Shown: positions 32,727-40,610 of the stretch, one piece after another | Numbering within the stretch: the first letter of the stretch is position 1 | Layout: every line of letters begins with the position of its first letter | Source of the DNA: Acidimicrobiaceae bacterium | Lineage (GTDB): Bacteria; Actinomycetota; Acidimicrobiia; Acidimicrobiales; Bog-793 | NCBI GenBank assembly: GCA_003140595.1 | Contig: PLKG01000138.1 | Coordinates: 58,056-122,055, forward strand | Direction of reading: 5' to 3' | DNA: 64,000 nucleotides | The notes under the pieces: model-generated | Told to the model about the DNA's origin: nothing | What the model saw: only the letters and a program-made list of their open reading frames with translations | Databases searched by the model: none | Made by a program: the position numbers and the translations under genes

Positions 32727-32821
32727 CGGCCGCGGGTGCGCCAGCGGCAGCCGGTCCGCCAGCGGAAATAGTCGCGGCTGAGATCACTCCCGAGCGACGC
32801 TGGCCGCCGCGGTCGGAACGA

Positions 32822-33262
32822 TCAGGTGGCGTCGATTCGCGCGGCCTGGAACCGCGCGACCGTGAAGGCGACTATGAGAGGGACGTTCACGGCGAACAGC
32901 GCCAGCATCGCCGTCAGCACCACGAGGGCGCCTCCGCGCGTGTGGTCCTTGACGAAAGCGAACTCGATCAGCGCCGCGGCAATCACATAGGAGAGCAATG
33001 TCCACCGGCCGACGAGGAAGAACTTGTCCCATGCGAGCCCTCTGGTCCGTAGCAGCAAGACGACGTTCACCGCGAGCAACGCGCCACTGGCAGCCGCGAG
33101 ACAGATCGGGACGGTGAGCGGAGGCCGACGTGGCGCGTACGACGCCATGTAGATGCCGCCTACGACGATGAGTACCAAGGCGGCACCGGCGAGCTCGGCT
33201 ATCGGCGCGAACCGCTGCTCTGCACCGACTCCGGCCGGGCCTTGCGCGCTCTTCACGCTCAT
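32822..33262 (-). CDS. Hypothetical 4-TM membrane protein (146 aa)
   Basis: Hydrophobic product MSVKSAQGPAG...LVLIVVGGIY... The ATG at 33262 overlaps the upstream stop (ATGA). The N-terminal part of track ORF 32822..33721 is discarded as an artefact. Confidence 0.55.
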   Translation of the reverse strand: MSVKSAQGPAGVGAEQRFAPIAELAGAALVLIVVGGIYMASYAPRRPPLTVPICLAAASGALLAVNVVLLLRTRGLAWDKFFLVGRWTLLSYVIAAALIEFAFVKDHTRGGALVVLTAMLALFAVNVPLIVAFTVARFQAARIDAT

Positions 33263-33912
33263 CGGGAGGCCACCCGGGTCATGATGACGAGCGTTGCGAT
33301 CTGCATGAGGCCTGTGATGCCCGCCGTGTAGATGAAGCGCTTCATGAGCCTCCCGATCAGCTCGCCGTTCGGCCGGGGCTTTCGCATCTCGAACAGGACG
33401 GCGATGTTCGCCGGCTCGAGGACGCCGAGCGCGATGACAGCCATGACGCCCACCACAACGAACGACACCATCAACCAGGCATGGTTCGGGCTCGACGCCT
33501 TCAAGTTGCCCAGGTCGAGCGCCAGCTGGAATCCGGAGGCGAGCGTCATCGCGACGAGCGTCGGCATGACGAGCACCATCTTCGGCATGAACTTCGCCGA
33601 GAACTCGGCGCGGGCCGGGATCGAGAGCCGTCCCAGGATCGGGCCGACGATGAGTCCAACGAAGAGGTCGATGCCCGTCCACAGACCGCCACCGGCGACG
33701 TGATTGAAGTCGAGCCCCCACCTCCAGTTGAAGCCGATCGACGCCACGAGAAAGCCGATGAAGACTGCGACGATCGGCAGGCCCTTGAGCGGCACAATCT
33801 GGATGACCGGCCGCGGCGGCGTTGACGCGTCGGGACTGGCGCCTACTTCGGCTCCGGCCGGTAGCCCGGCTTCGACTCCGGTCGGCGACGAGTCAAGCTT
33901 CGTATCTGCCAA
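33259..33912 (-). CDS. Hypothetical polytopic membrane protein (217 aa)
   Basis: Several TM segments (LPIVAVFIGFLVASIGF, LWTGIDLFVGLIVGPILG, VLVMPTLVAMTLASGF, VSFVVVGVMAVIALGVL). I chose TTG 33912 as the start because GGGAGG lies upstream. The Arg-rich N-terminal extension in the track is rejected. Confidence 0.55.
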   Translation of the reverse strand: MADTKLDSSPTGVEAGLPAGAEVGASPDASTPPRPVIQIVPLKGLPIVAVFIGFLVASIGFNWRWGLDFNHVAGGGLWTGIDLFVGLIVGPILGRLSIPARAEFSAKFMPKMVLVMPTLVAMTLASGFQLALDLGNLKASSPNHAWLMVSFVVVGVMAVIALGVLEPANIAVLFEMRKPRPNGELIGRLMKRFIYTAGITGLMQIATLVIMTRVASR

Positions 33913-34167
33913 AGTCCCCCCTCCCCGTGTGGAACCCCCTCGCCCACGGCGCGAACGACGTGGTCGAAGAGCTGACTCTAGCAACCGGACCCGCTTCCTC
34001 AAAGCGGTCCGAGCCCGTTCGCCCGCGCTCTTGCGCCATTTCACGGTGCCGAGGGCACAGGGGCGCCGCCTCAACCGTGCGGGGCAGAACATAGGCCCGT
34101 GCGGCCAGTAACCTTTGTCGACACAGGCGTGCCGGGAAGACTGGTCGGCGAACATAGGACTGACCCA

Positions 34168-35601
34168 ATGACCGATTCACTTCCCATGTCCGTTCGCCAG
34201 TCGGCCACCGAGCCCGGGGCGCCGACAGAACGTGCGCGGGCGTGGGAGACCCGGCGGAAGTTCGCCAGCTGGCGGTGGGAGGCGCTCCGCACGACCTTCT
34301 GGCTGGTGCCCACCGTCCTAGTTGTCGTCGCGGCGCTGCTCTTCGCCATCACCTTCGCAATCGACTGGGCCGCGTACTACGGGCACCTCTCGCTTCCGTT
34401 CTGGATGCGGACGGTGAGCGCTGACGCCGGCAGGCAGGTGCTCATTGCCATCGCCGCCGCGGTCATCACCGTCGTCGGCGTCGTGTTCTCGATCACGATC
34501 CTGGCACTCACGCTTGCTTCCCAGCAGTTCGGTCCCCGCATGATGCGCAATTTCGTCCGCGACGTCGGCAACCAGGTCACCCTCGGAGTCTTTGTCGGCA
34601 CCTTCGTCTACTCCACCCTCGCCCTCGGTTCGATCGCCATCGGCGGCCACCGCGGCGTGTTCGTGCCTCATCTCTCGATCGCGGTCGCCGAAGCTCTTCT
34701 CTTGTTGGACCTCGCCGTCCTCATCTACTTCATCAACCACATCGCCAGGTCGATCCAGCTTCCGGAGGTGATCGCCGGGATCGCCCGCGATCTGATGGGC
34801 GAGATCGATGCCGAGATCGCCGAACAGAAGCCCGACGAGAACGGACCCGCGTCAGCCGACCGGGGCAAGTCGGTAGAGGAGCTCCTGCAACTCCTCGAGT
34901 CCGAGGGCGGCAAGGTCCCCGCGAGCGAAAGCGGATACCTGCAGTTCGTCGGCTACGCCCAACTGGTGAGGATCGCGACCCACACCGATTCGGTCATCCG
35001 CCTCGCTCACCGGCCTGGCCACTTCATCGCCGCCGGACGACCGCTTGCCACCGTCTGGCCCAAGCAGGCGGCATCGCAGGTCGCTCAGGCGCTCGCCAAG
35101 GCACACGCGACAGGCCCGCACCGGACCTTGATGCAGGAACCGGTGTTCGCGGTCGACCAGCTCGTGGAGATCGCCATCCGCGCGCTCTCCCCGGCCGTGA
35201 ACGACCCCTTCACTGCGCTGACGTGCATCGACTGGCTTTCGGCGGGACTCAGACGGATCTCCCATGTGACCATCGGAAAGGGCATCTACAGGGACCGCTC
35301 CGGTCAGGTGCGGCTCATCGAGCCAGACCCTTCCTATGCCCGCACTGCCAACCGCGCATTCGACAAGATCCGCCAATCGGCCCGGGGCATGCCGGTCGTG
35401 ATCATCCACATGATGGACGCGCTGACACGTGTCATGGAAGAGACCACGACATCCGAACAGCGGCTGGTTCTCGCCCGCCAGGCCGACATGATCCTGCGGA
35501 GCGCCGAAGAGTCCGTGACCGAGCCGAACGACCTCGAGGACATCCGGAGCCGCTACCGGAACTTCGTGGCCAAAGCCGCTCTCTACGATCCCGTCACCTG
35601 A
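34168..35601 (+). CDS. DUF2254-like membrane protein
   Basis: N-terminal TM segments with LTLASQQFGPRMMRNFVRD and LIYFINHIARSIQ blocks, recalled from DUF2254, plus a large soluble C-terminal domain. Alternative starts at 34099 (GTG) and 34186. Confidence 0.6.
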   Translation: MTDSLPMSVRQSATEPGAPTERARAWETRRKFASWRWEALRTTFWLVPTVLVVVAALLFAITFAIDWAAYYGHLSLPFWMRTVSADAGRQVLIAIAAAVITVVGVVFSITILALTLASQQFGPRMMRNFVRDVGNQVTLGVFVGTFVYSTLALGSIAIGGHRGVFVPHLSIAVAEALLLLDLAVLIYFINHIARSIQLPEVIAGIARDLMGEIDAEIAEQKPDENGPASADRGKSVEELLQLLESEGGKVPASESGYLQFVGYAQLVRIATHTDSVIRLAHRPGHFIAAGRPLATVWPKQAASQVAQALAKAHATGPHRTLMQEPVFAVDQLVEIAIRALSPAVNDPFTALTCIDWLSAGLRRISHVTIGKGIYRDRSGQVRLIEPDPSYARTANRAFDKIRQSARGMPVVIIHMMDALTRVMEETTTSEQRLVLARQADMILRSAEESVTEPNDLEDIRSRYRNFVAKAALYDPVT

Positions 35602-35637
35602 TCGCGCGCCCGATCCGGCGGGGCGTGGCCGCGTCGA

Positions 35638-36342
35638 TCAGATGAGCGTGCGAACTCTCGCCTGACCTCGTCCGTTTTCCCAGTAGACGAATTCCTTCTC
35701 GGGGTCGAAGCGGGCAACGCCAGCAAGCTCGGGTAGGCCGTTGTCGACTATCAGGTCCGCGAGGGTTGTCACGTCGTCGCCCGAACGAAGAGAGCTCTCC
35801 TGGGCGGCCCACATCGCCGCGTGCGGCTCGTACATCTCCCAGTCGAAGCGTTGCGCCAACCGTTTTGCCCGCAAGGTGGCGGGCGCGCTCACCCACACGA
35901 GGAGGGACAGGTACGGGGCGAGACTGCGGTGCCCGACCGCACAGCCGTCCACGACCAGGGCGTGACATGGACCGAGCTCGACCCATTCTCTGTAGCGGAG
36001 CTGTTCCCAGTCGTAGCGGTGCCAGCGGGCGGTATCACCGGCGGTGATCGGCTCGAGGACCCATTCGGCCAAGAGGGCGAGGGAGCCGGCCAATCCGGAC
36101 CATCCCGGCATGAGGTCGTCGGTGTTGATGAACTCGGCGCCCAGATCTGCCGCGAGACGCCTCGCGAAGAAGCTCTTCCCCGCGCCGGAGTAACCATCGA
36201 CCGCGATCACCCGGGTAGCCAGGCGTCCCTCCGGGGGGCGCGCCGCGATCGTCTCCGCGAGCGCCCGGTAGCTCATCACCCGACGCCGGCCAGGGCCACG
36301 ACCTGCGCCCAAGGCAAGCGTCTCGCTCCCGAGCGCCGTCAT
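35638..36342 (-). CDS. P-loop kinase, uridine-kinase/PRK-like, substrate unknown
   Basis: VIAVDGYSGAGKSFFARRLA Walker A, then INTDDLMPGW ... YDWE ... LVVDGCAVG. The ATG at 36342 overlaps the Trm112-like stop (ATGA). Confidence 0.7.
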   Translation of the reverse strand: MTALGSETLALGAGRGPGRRRVMSYRALAETIAARPPEGRLATRVIAVDGYSGAGKSFFARRLAADLGAEFINTDDLMPGWSGLAGSLALLAEWVLEPITAGDTARWHRYDWEQLRYREWVELGPCHALVVDGCAVGHRSLAPYLSLLVWVSAPATLRAKRLAQRFDWEMYEPHAAMWAAQESSLRSGDDVTTLADLIVDNGLPELAGVARFDPEKEFVYWENGRGQARVRTLI

Positions 36343-36560
36343 CGCCCGGCCATGAGACGCCGGTGCCAATCGGCGTCCACCTCGACCGCTTCTGAGCTGA
36401 CTAGCAGCGCGACGCCTTCCCGGATCGGGTAGCCACACCCGAGCCGCGGGTTGTACGCGAGCGCCTCGTCGAAAGCCCAAATCAAAGGTCCCTTGTCCTT
36501 CGGACAGGCAAGGAGCTCCCGGAACTCGACACTCAGGTTCACCTCGCTCGACATTGCCAT
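36339..36560 (-). CDS. Trm112-family small protein (UPF0434/YcaR-like)
   Basis: 73 aa. LLACPKDKGPL ... YPIREGVALLV matches the Trm112p/YcaR fold signature. It starts 3 nt after the thiM stop. Confidence 0.75.
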   Translation of the reverse strand: MAMSSEVNLSVEFRELLACPKDKGPLIWAFDEALAYNPRLGCGYPIREGVALLVSSEAVEVDADWHRRLMAGR

Positions 36561-36563
36561 GGC

Positions 36564-37358
36564 TCAGGCGACCAGCTCAGGACGACCGAGCCGGTAGAGC
36601 TCGTCGAGCAGCCCGACGGCGAGGCCGCCTGGTCCCTGTGCCTTCGCCGCGGCCCGTTCGCCCGCCGCCGCGAATACAGCCGAGGCGCCGATCGCCGCGT
36701 CGAGCGGGGCATGGGAGACGCCCAGGAATGCGGCCATCACCGCGCCGAGCGCGCATCCCGATCCGGTCACCTTGGTCAACAGAACATGACCGCCAGGCAC
36801 CCCGACCACCTCCTCGCCGTCGGTGATGTAGTCCACAGCGCCGCTCACCGCCACCACCGCTCCCGTTCGGGTTGCGAGCTCGCGTGCCCCCTCGATCGCT
36901 TCTCGGGAGTCCGACGTCGAGTCCGCGCCCCTTCCTCCTCCCGAGCTGCCGACAAGGGCCAGGATCTCAGACGCGTTCCCCCGGATGATGGAAGGGCCGT
37001 GCTCGAGGAGCCGGCCGACAAGCTCGGTCCTGAAGCGCAGAGGCCCGACGGCCACCGGATCGAGGACCCAGGGAGTCCTTGCCGCCCGCGCCGCCCGTGC
37101 GGCCCGGTTCATCGCGTCTGTGTCGGCACTGGTCACGGTCCCGACGTTGACAAGTAGCCCTTCAGCCACGGCAGCAAAGTCCTCGACCTCTTCGGCGGCG
37201 ATCACCATGGCTGGTGAGGCCCCCACCGCCAAGAGCACGTTGGCCGTGAACCCGGTCACCACGAGGTTGGTGAGGCAGTGGGTCAGCGGGCTCGTCGCGC
37301 GCAACTGGGCCAGGTCCTTGGTGACCGAATCGTCGGTCCAGGTTCGTTCGAGCGTCAT
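36564..37358 (-). CDS. thiM: Hydroxyethylthiazole kinase family protein
   Basis: SPLTHCLTNLVVTGFTANVLLAVGASPAMV, VLDPVAVG, IIRGNASEI and LLTKVTGSGCALGAVMAAF are collinear with ThiM. The ATG at 37358 overlaps the methyltransferase stop (ATGA). Confidence 0.88.
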   Translation of the reverse strand: MTLERTWTDDSVTKDLAQLRATSPLTHCLTNLVVTGFTANVLLAVGASPAMVIAAEEVEDFAAVAEGLLVNVGTVTSADTDAMNRAARAARAARTPWVLDPVAVGPLRFRTELVGRLLEHGPSIIRGNASEILALVGSSGGGRGADSTSDSREAIEGARELATRTGAVVAVSGAVDYITDGEEVVGVPGGHVLLTKVTGSGCALGAVMAAFLGVSHAPLDAAIGASAVFAAAGERAAAKAQGPGGLAVGLLDELYRLGRPELVA

Positions 37359-38071
37359 CGGCCTGCCTCCCCTCGGACCTGTGGCCCCGACGGGGTCCAC
37401 GGCTTCACCACGCTGATGCCGAGCAGGCTGGGCAGGGTCGCCGGCCCGGTCTCCACCAGGCGGACCAAGCCGAATCCGGCCGCCAGGAAGGTGTTGATGA
37501 TCTCCGCCAACGGCCGATGCCACGCACCGACGTGGCTTCGTATGGTCGAGCCGAACTCGAAACCGGACTGGTAGCCGCTCGACGCGTAACCCGGTCGCAC
37601 GACCACGGTCCCGTCGTCGCTCACCTGCGAATGGCCGCCGTTCAGGCATGGATGGACACAGACGCTCACGTAGCGACCGCCGGGCCGAAGCACCCGGTAG
37701 GCCTCGGACACGGCCGCGTCGAACTCGTCGAGATCCGACGAGACGAAAGTGCTGTAGGCGAGCGGGACCCGACGGGAGGCCACCGGAAGTCGCGCCGCGT
37801 CGCCCTGAACCGCCTGCAGCCGCCTGGAGGCGACCCCGAGCTGGTCGAGCGACAGGTCGATCCCGTAGGGCTCGTAGCCGAGCATGCGCACCCTCTCGGC
37901 GGCGAGCCCGGTTCCACAGCCGATGTCGAGGGCCGCCCCGCGGCCGGTGCCCAACAAGTCGGCAAGGGTCTCGTAGGCGGACCTGGCCAGCAGGCCCCGG
38001 TCTCCGGGGTCACGCATAACCTCGTCGTACCATTCCGCCAGTCCGTCGTAGCGGGGCTTGACACCGATCAT
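37355..38071 (-). CDS. Class I SAM-dependent methyltransferase (type 11-like)
   Basis: Motif I ALDIGCGTGLAA, post-I GIDLS, and a VLRPGGRYV block. Only the C-terminal 238 aa of track ORF 37355..39394 are kept. The ATG at 38071 overlaps the permease stop (ATGA). Confidence 0.8.
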   Translation of the reverse strand: MIGVKPRYDGLAEWYDEVMRDPGDRGLLARSAYETLADLLGTGRGAALDIGCGTGLAAERVRMLGYEPYGIDLSLDQLGVASRRLQAVQGDAARLPVASRRVPLAYSTFVSSDLDEFDAAVSEAYRVLRPGGRYVSVCVHPCLNGGHSQVSDDGTVVVRPGYASSGYQSGFEFGSTIRSHVGAWHRPLAEIINTFLAAGFGLVRLVETGPATLPSLLGISVVKPWTPSGPQVRGEAGR

Positions 38072-39618
38072 CGGACGAGCTCGCCGGAGGAGGAGTAGGC
38101 GATGACGCTCCGGCGCTGCACCGGTTCGGTCCGATCGCGTGGCTCGAGGATGCCCAGCTGGATGAGCTTCGCATTGCTCGCCTCGATCGCTTGCGCGTCC
38201 CCGCTCAAGTCGATCGACCGCGCGAATATGACGTACAGGACTCCGCTCACCAACAGCTCGACGATGAAGGTGATGTCGAGCCCGTTCGTCGCCTTGGCAA
38301 CCGGAGAGACGTAGAACGACAGATCCCAGAAGGGCACCGCCGCGGCAAAGCCGGCCACGTAGGCGGCGATGCCCCGCCATCCCCAGACGCCGTAGAGGCC
38401 CTTGCGGTTCTCGAGCTCTGTGATCGCGTACTTGCCCTTGCGGACAAAGAAGTAGTCGTACAGGTTCACGATGGTCCACGGGGTGAGCAGGTACAACGAG
38501 AGTGTGAGCCCGTCGTCGACAGCGGTCGTGACGTTGTGGAACACGGCGAGGCCGAGGACCGCCCAGGTCGTCGCGAACACCGAGGCGGTGACGACCCGCT
38601 TTGTCACAGTCGGGCGGATCGGGCGGATGCTGTCGATGGCCGTGAGAACCACCAGCTGACCGCTGTAGGCCATTTCTCCCATCGTCGCGACAAGGGCGAT
38701 CGTCGCCACAGTGATCAGCGCGGTCCCGAAGCCGGACGTGATGTGGTTGCCCGCCTGCTGGACGCTCGTGAGCGCGTCGGTGGCGCCGAGGTGCGCCGCC
38801 AGCCACGCACCGATGGCGGCAAGCCAGCTCAAAGAGAGGAAGGCTCCGACGTAGACCGACGTCACGACCCTGCCGAACGGAGTCGAACGGGGCAGGTACC
38901 GCGAGTAGTCGGAGACCACAGGCGCGTAGGAGATGTTGTTGCTCGCCGAGGCGGCGAACACGACGAAGAACGCGATCCAGCCGAAGGCGCTGTGCGGTGC
39001 GGGTCTTCCTCCCGCGCTCCCGGTCAGGATCCCGATGGTCAGCACGAGCCACAGCGGAAGCGACACCCAGAACAACACCCTGAACGCGCGGTGCAACCAG
39101 TCGTAGCCGTAGACCGCGAGCAAGACGGCCACGACCGCGATCACCACTCCGACCACGACAGTGTTCCATCCGAAGATCTGGTTGAAGCCCTGAGTGATGA
39201 TGACCGTGTCGAGGACGGCGAAGATCAGGTAGGTGAACAACGCCAAAAAGAGCGGAAGGACGACACCGCGGTAGCCGAACTGCGCCCGCGACTGGATCAT
39301 CTGGGGCAAGCCGAGACGTGGTCCCTGAGAAGCGTGAAGGGCCATGAACACCGTGCCGAACGCGTTGCCCAACACGACAGCCGCGATCGTCCACCGCACT
39401 GACAGGCCGAGCGCGATCCCTATGAAACCGACGGCGACGCTGAGGGTCTGGGTGTTGGAGAGGAACCAGAAGACACCCTGTTGACGGATGGTCCCGTGGC
39501 GCTCCTTGTCGGGGATCACATCGATCGAATGCGTCTCGATCGCCGCCAGGATCAAGGGTTCCTCGTCCGGGGAGGTGAGCTGCTGCTCCTCGTGCTCCCT
39601 CACGTCCAGTACGGTCAT
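38068..39618 (-). CDS. NCS1-family (purine-cytosine / CytX-like) permease
   Basis: 12-TM product of about 516 aa with an NCS1-type N-terminus (IDVIPDKERHGTIRQQGVFWFLSNTQ). The start is set at ATG 39618, 7 nt after AGGAGG. Confidence 0.8.
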   Translation of the reverse strand: MTVLDVREHEEQQLTSPDEEPLILAAIETHSIDVIPDKERHGTIRQQGVFWFLSNTQTLSVAVGFIGIALGLSVRWTIAAVVLGNAFGTVFMALHASQGPRLGLPQMIQSRAQFGYRGVVLPLFLALFTYLIFAVLDTVIITQGFNQIFGWNTVVVGVVIAVVAVLLAVYGYDWLHRAFRVLFWVSLPLWLVLTIGILTGSAGGRPAPHSAFGWIAFFVVFAASASNNISYAPVVSDYSRYLPRSTPFGRVVTSVYVGAFLSLSWLAAIGAWLAAHLGATDALTSVQQAGNHITSGFGTALITVATIALVATMGEMAYSGQLVVLTAIDSIRPIRPTVTKRVVTASVFATTWAVLGLAVFHNVTTAVDDGLTLSLYLLTPWTIVNLYDYFFVRKGKYAITELENRKGLYGVWGWRGIAAYVAGFAAAVPFWDLSFYVSPVAKATNGLDITFIVELLVSGVLYVIFARSIDLSGDAQAIEASNAKLIQLGILEPRDRTEPVQRRSVIAYSSSGELVR

Positions 39619-39721
39619 TTCCGGTCCTCCTGTCCTCGAGCCGATGGAGCAGGCCGGCCGTGCGCCCACGGACGGCCTGCCCTTCCCCTTATTCTTGACT
39701 TATTCGATCGGAATTATCAAG
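39619..39721 (-). promoter_or_regulatory. Structured 5' leader/operator of the NCS1-thiM operon
   Basis: An AT-rich 28-bp imperfect palindrome CTTGACTTATTCGATCGGAATTATCAAG (39694-39721) is followed by a 13-bp GC hairpin with a GGCG loop (39649-39680), then the AGGAGG ribosome-binding site. Its function is not established. Confidence 0.4.
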
Positions 39722-39947
39722 TAGGTCGGAACTACCGCAGCTCGGGGCATCGGAGTGCCCGAGGAGACAGGTCCGCGGCCGGCTGAGGGCAGCCCGCGGA
39801 ACGGACCGGGGTGGGTCGGTGTCGAACGCGGGGCTGCCCTTTGGATAGGCGCTGGCCCCTTAAGATGCCTGGGTTGCTCGGTGCGCTCCGGCAGCTCGTG
39901 GGCCAACGGCGGGCCCCAGGCGCCTCAGGTCGCGCCAGCGCCGCCGA

Positions 39948-40610
39948 CTACACCTGGAGCGACTCGAGCCCCAGCAGGTCCAACAGACGCGGGTCGCACA
40001 GACTGGGCACGACCGCGTCGGCGACCGCGTGCAGAGCGGGCGCCGACCCGACCCCGACGACCATGAGCCCGGCGGAACGTGCAGCCTGCGCCCCGGGCCC
40101 GGAGTCCTCGACCGCGATGGCGCGCCACGGCGCGACGCTCAGCAACTCGCACGCACGGAGGTAGAGGTCGGGCGCAGGCTTGGGTCGAAGGGGGGCTTCA
40201 AGGGTGACGACCGCGTCGAACACCTCCGGGATCGAGGCCGCCTTCATCGAGGCCCCCACTGTCTCGCGAGATCCGTTGGACGCGACCGCGAGAGGCCGGG
40301 ACCCCCGGACGGCCTCGAGGAGCTGGATCGCCCCGTCCATCGCACGAACACCACCTGCGATCGCGGCGCGGATCTCTACCTCGAGCTCCTGCGCGACCTC
40401 CTCGACGTCGACCGCCTCCCCGAGCTCGCGTTCCAGCTCCGAGATCATCGCGAACACCGACGCGCCGTAAAGGCTCGAGGCCGGGCCGGTGATGACGTCT
40501 TCGATGCCCCGACGGGCGAACACGGCGACGAGGCCTGCGAACACAGCCTTTTCGCTATCGACGAGCACCCCGTCACAGTCGAACACGAGCGCCCTTGGCA
40601 ACAGGCTCAT
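39948..40610 (-). CDS. HAD-IA family hydrolase (beta-phosphoglucomutase-like phosphatase)
   Basis: LVFDCDGVLVDSE (DxDxV motif), AVASNGSR and AIAVEDSGPGAQAARSAGM blocks. The ATG at 40610 overlaps the rhodanese stop (ATGA). Confidence 0.8.
   Translation of the reverse strand: MSLLPRALVFDCDGVLVDSEKAVFAGLVAVFARRGIEDVITGPASSLYGASVFAMISELERELGEAVDVEEVAQELEVEIRAAIAGGVRAMDGAIQLLEAVRGSRPLAVASNGSRETVGASMKAASIPEVFDAVVTLEAPLRPKPAPDLYLRACELLSVAPWRAIAVEDSGPGAQAARSAGLMVVGVGSAPALHAVADAVVPSLCDPRLLDLLGLESLQV

Noticed and set aside
38072-39394. N-terminal 440 aa of track ORF 37355..39394 (679 aa).
   Set aside because: Only the C-terminal 238 aa form a methyltransferase fold, beginning at an ATG that overlaps the NCS1 permease stop. 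The upstream part runs in an alternate frame of the permease gene and is Arg/His/Gly-rich junk.
39700-39906. 68-aa minus-strand ORF inside the thiM-operon leader.
   Set aside because: The product is Pro/Arg-rich, has no ribosome-binding site, and spans the AT-rich palindrome. It is more likely non-coding leader.
39619-39947. Canonical TPP riboswitch (thi-box) upstream of the NCS1-thiM operon.
   Set aside because: It is expected from context, but I could not find the invariant CUGAGA and CCAGCG.AGGGA elements on the transcribed (minus) strand. Look-alike pieces on the plus strand point away from any gene. The region is kept only as an unassigned structured leader.
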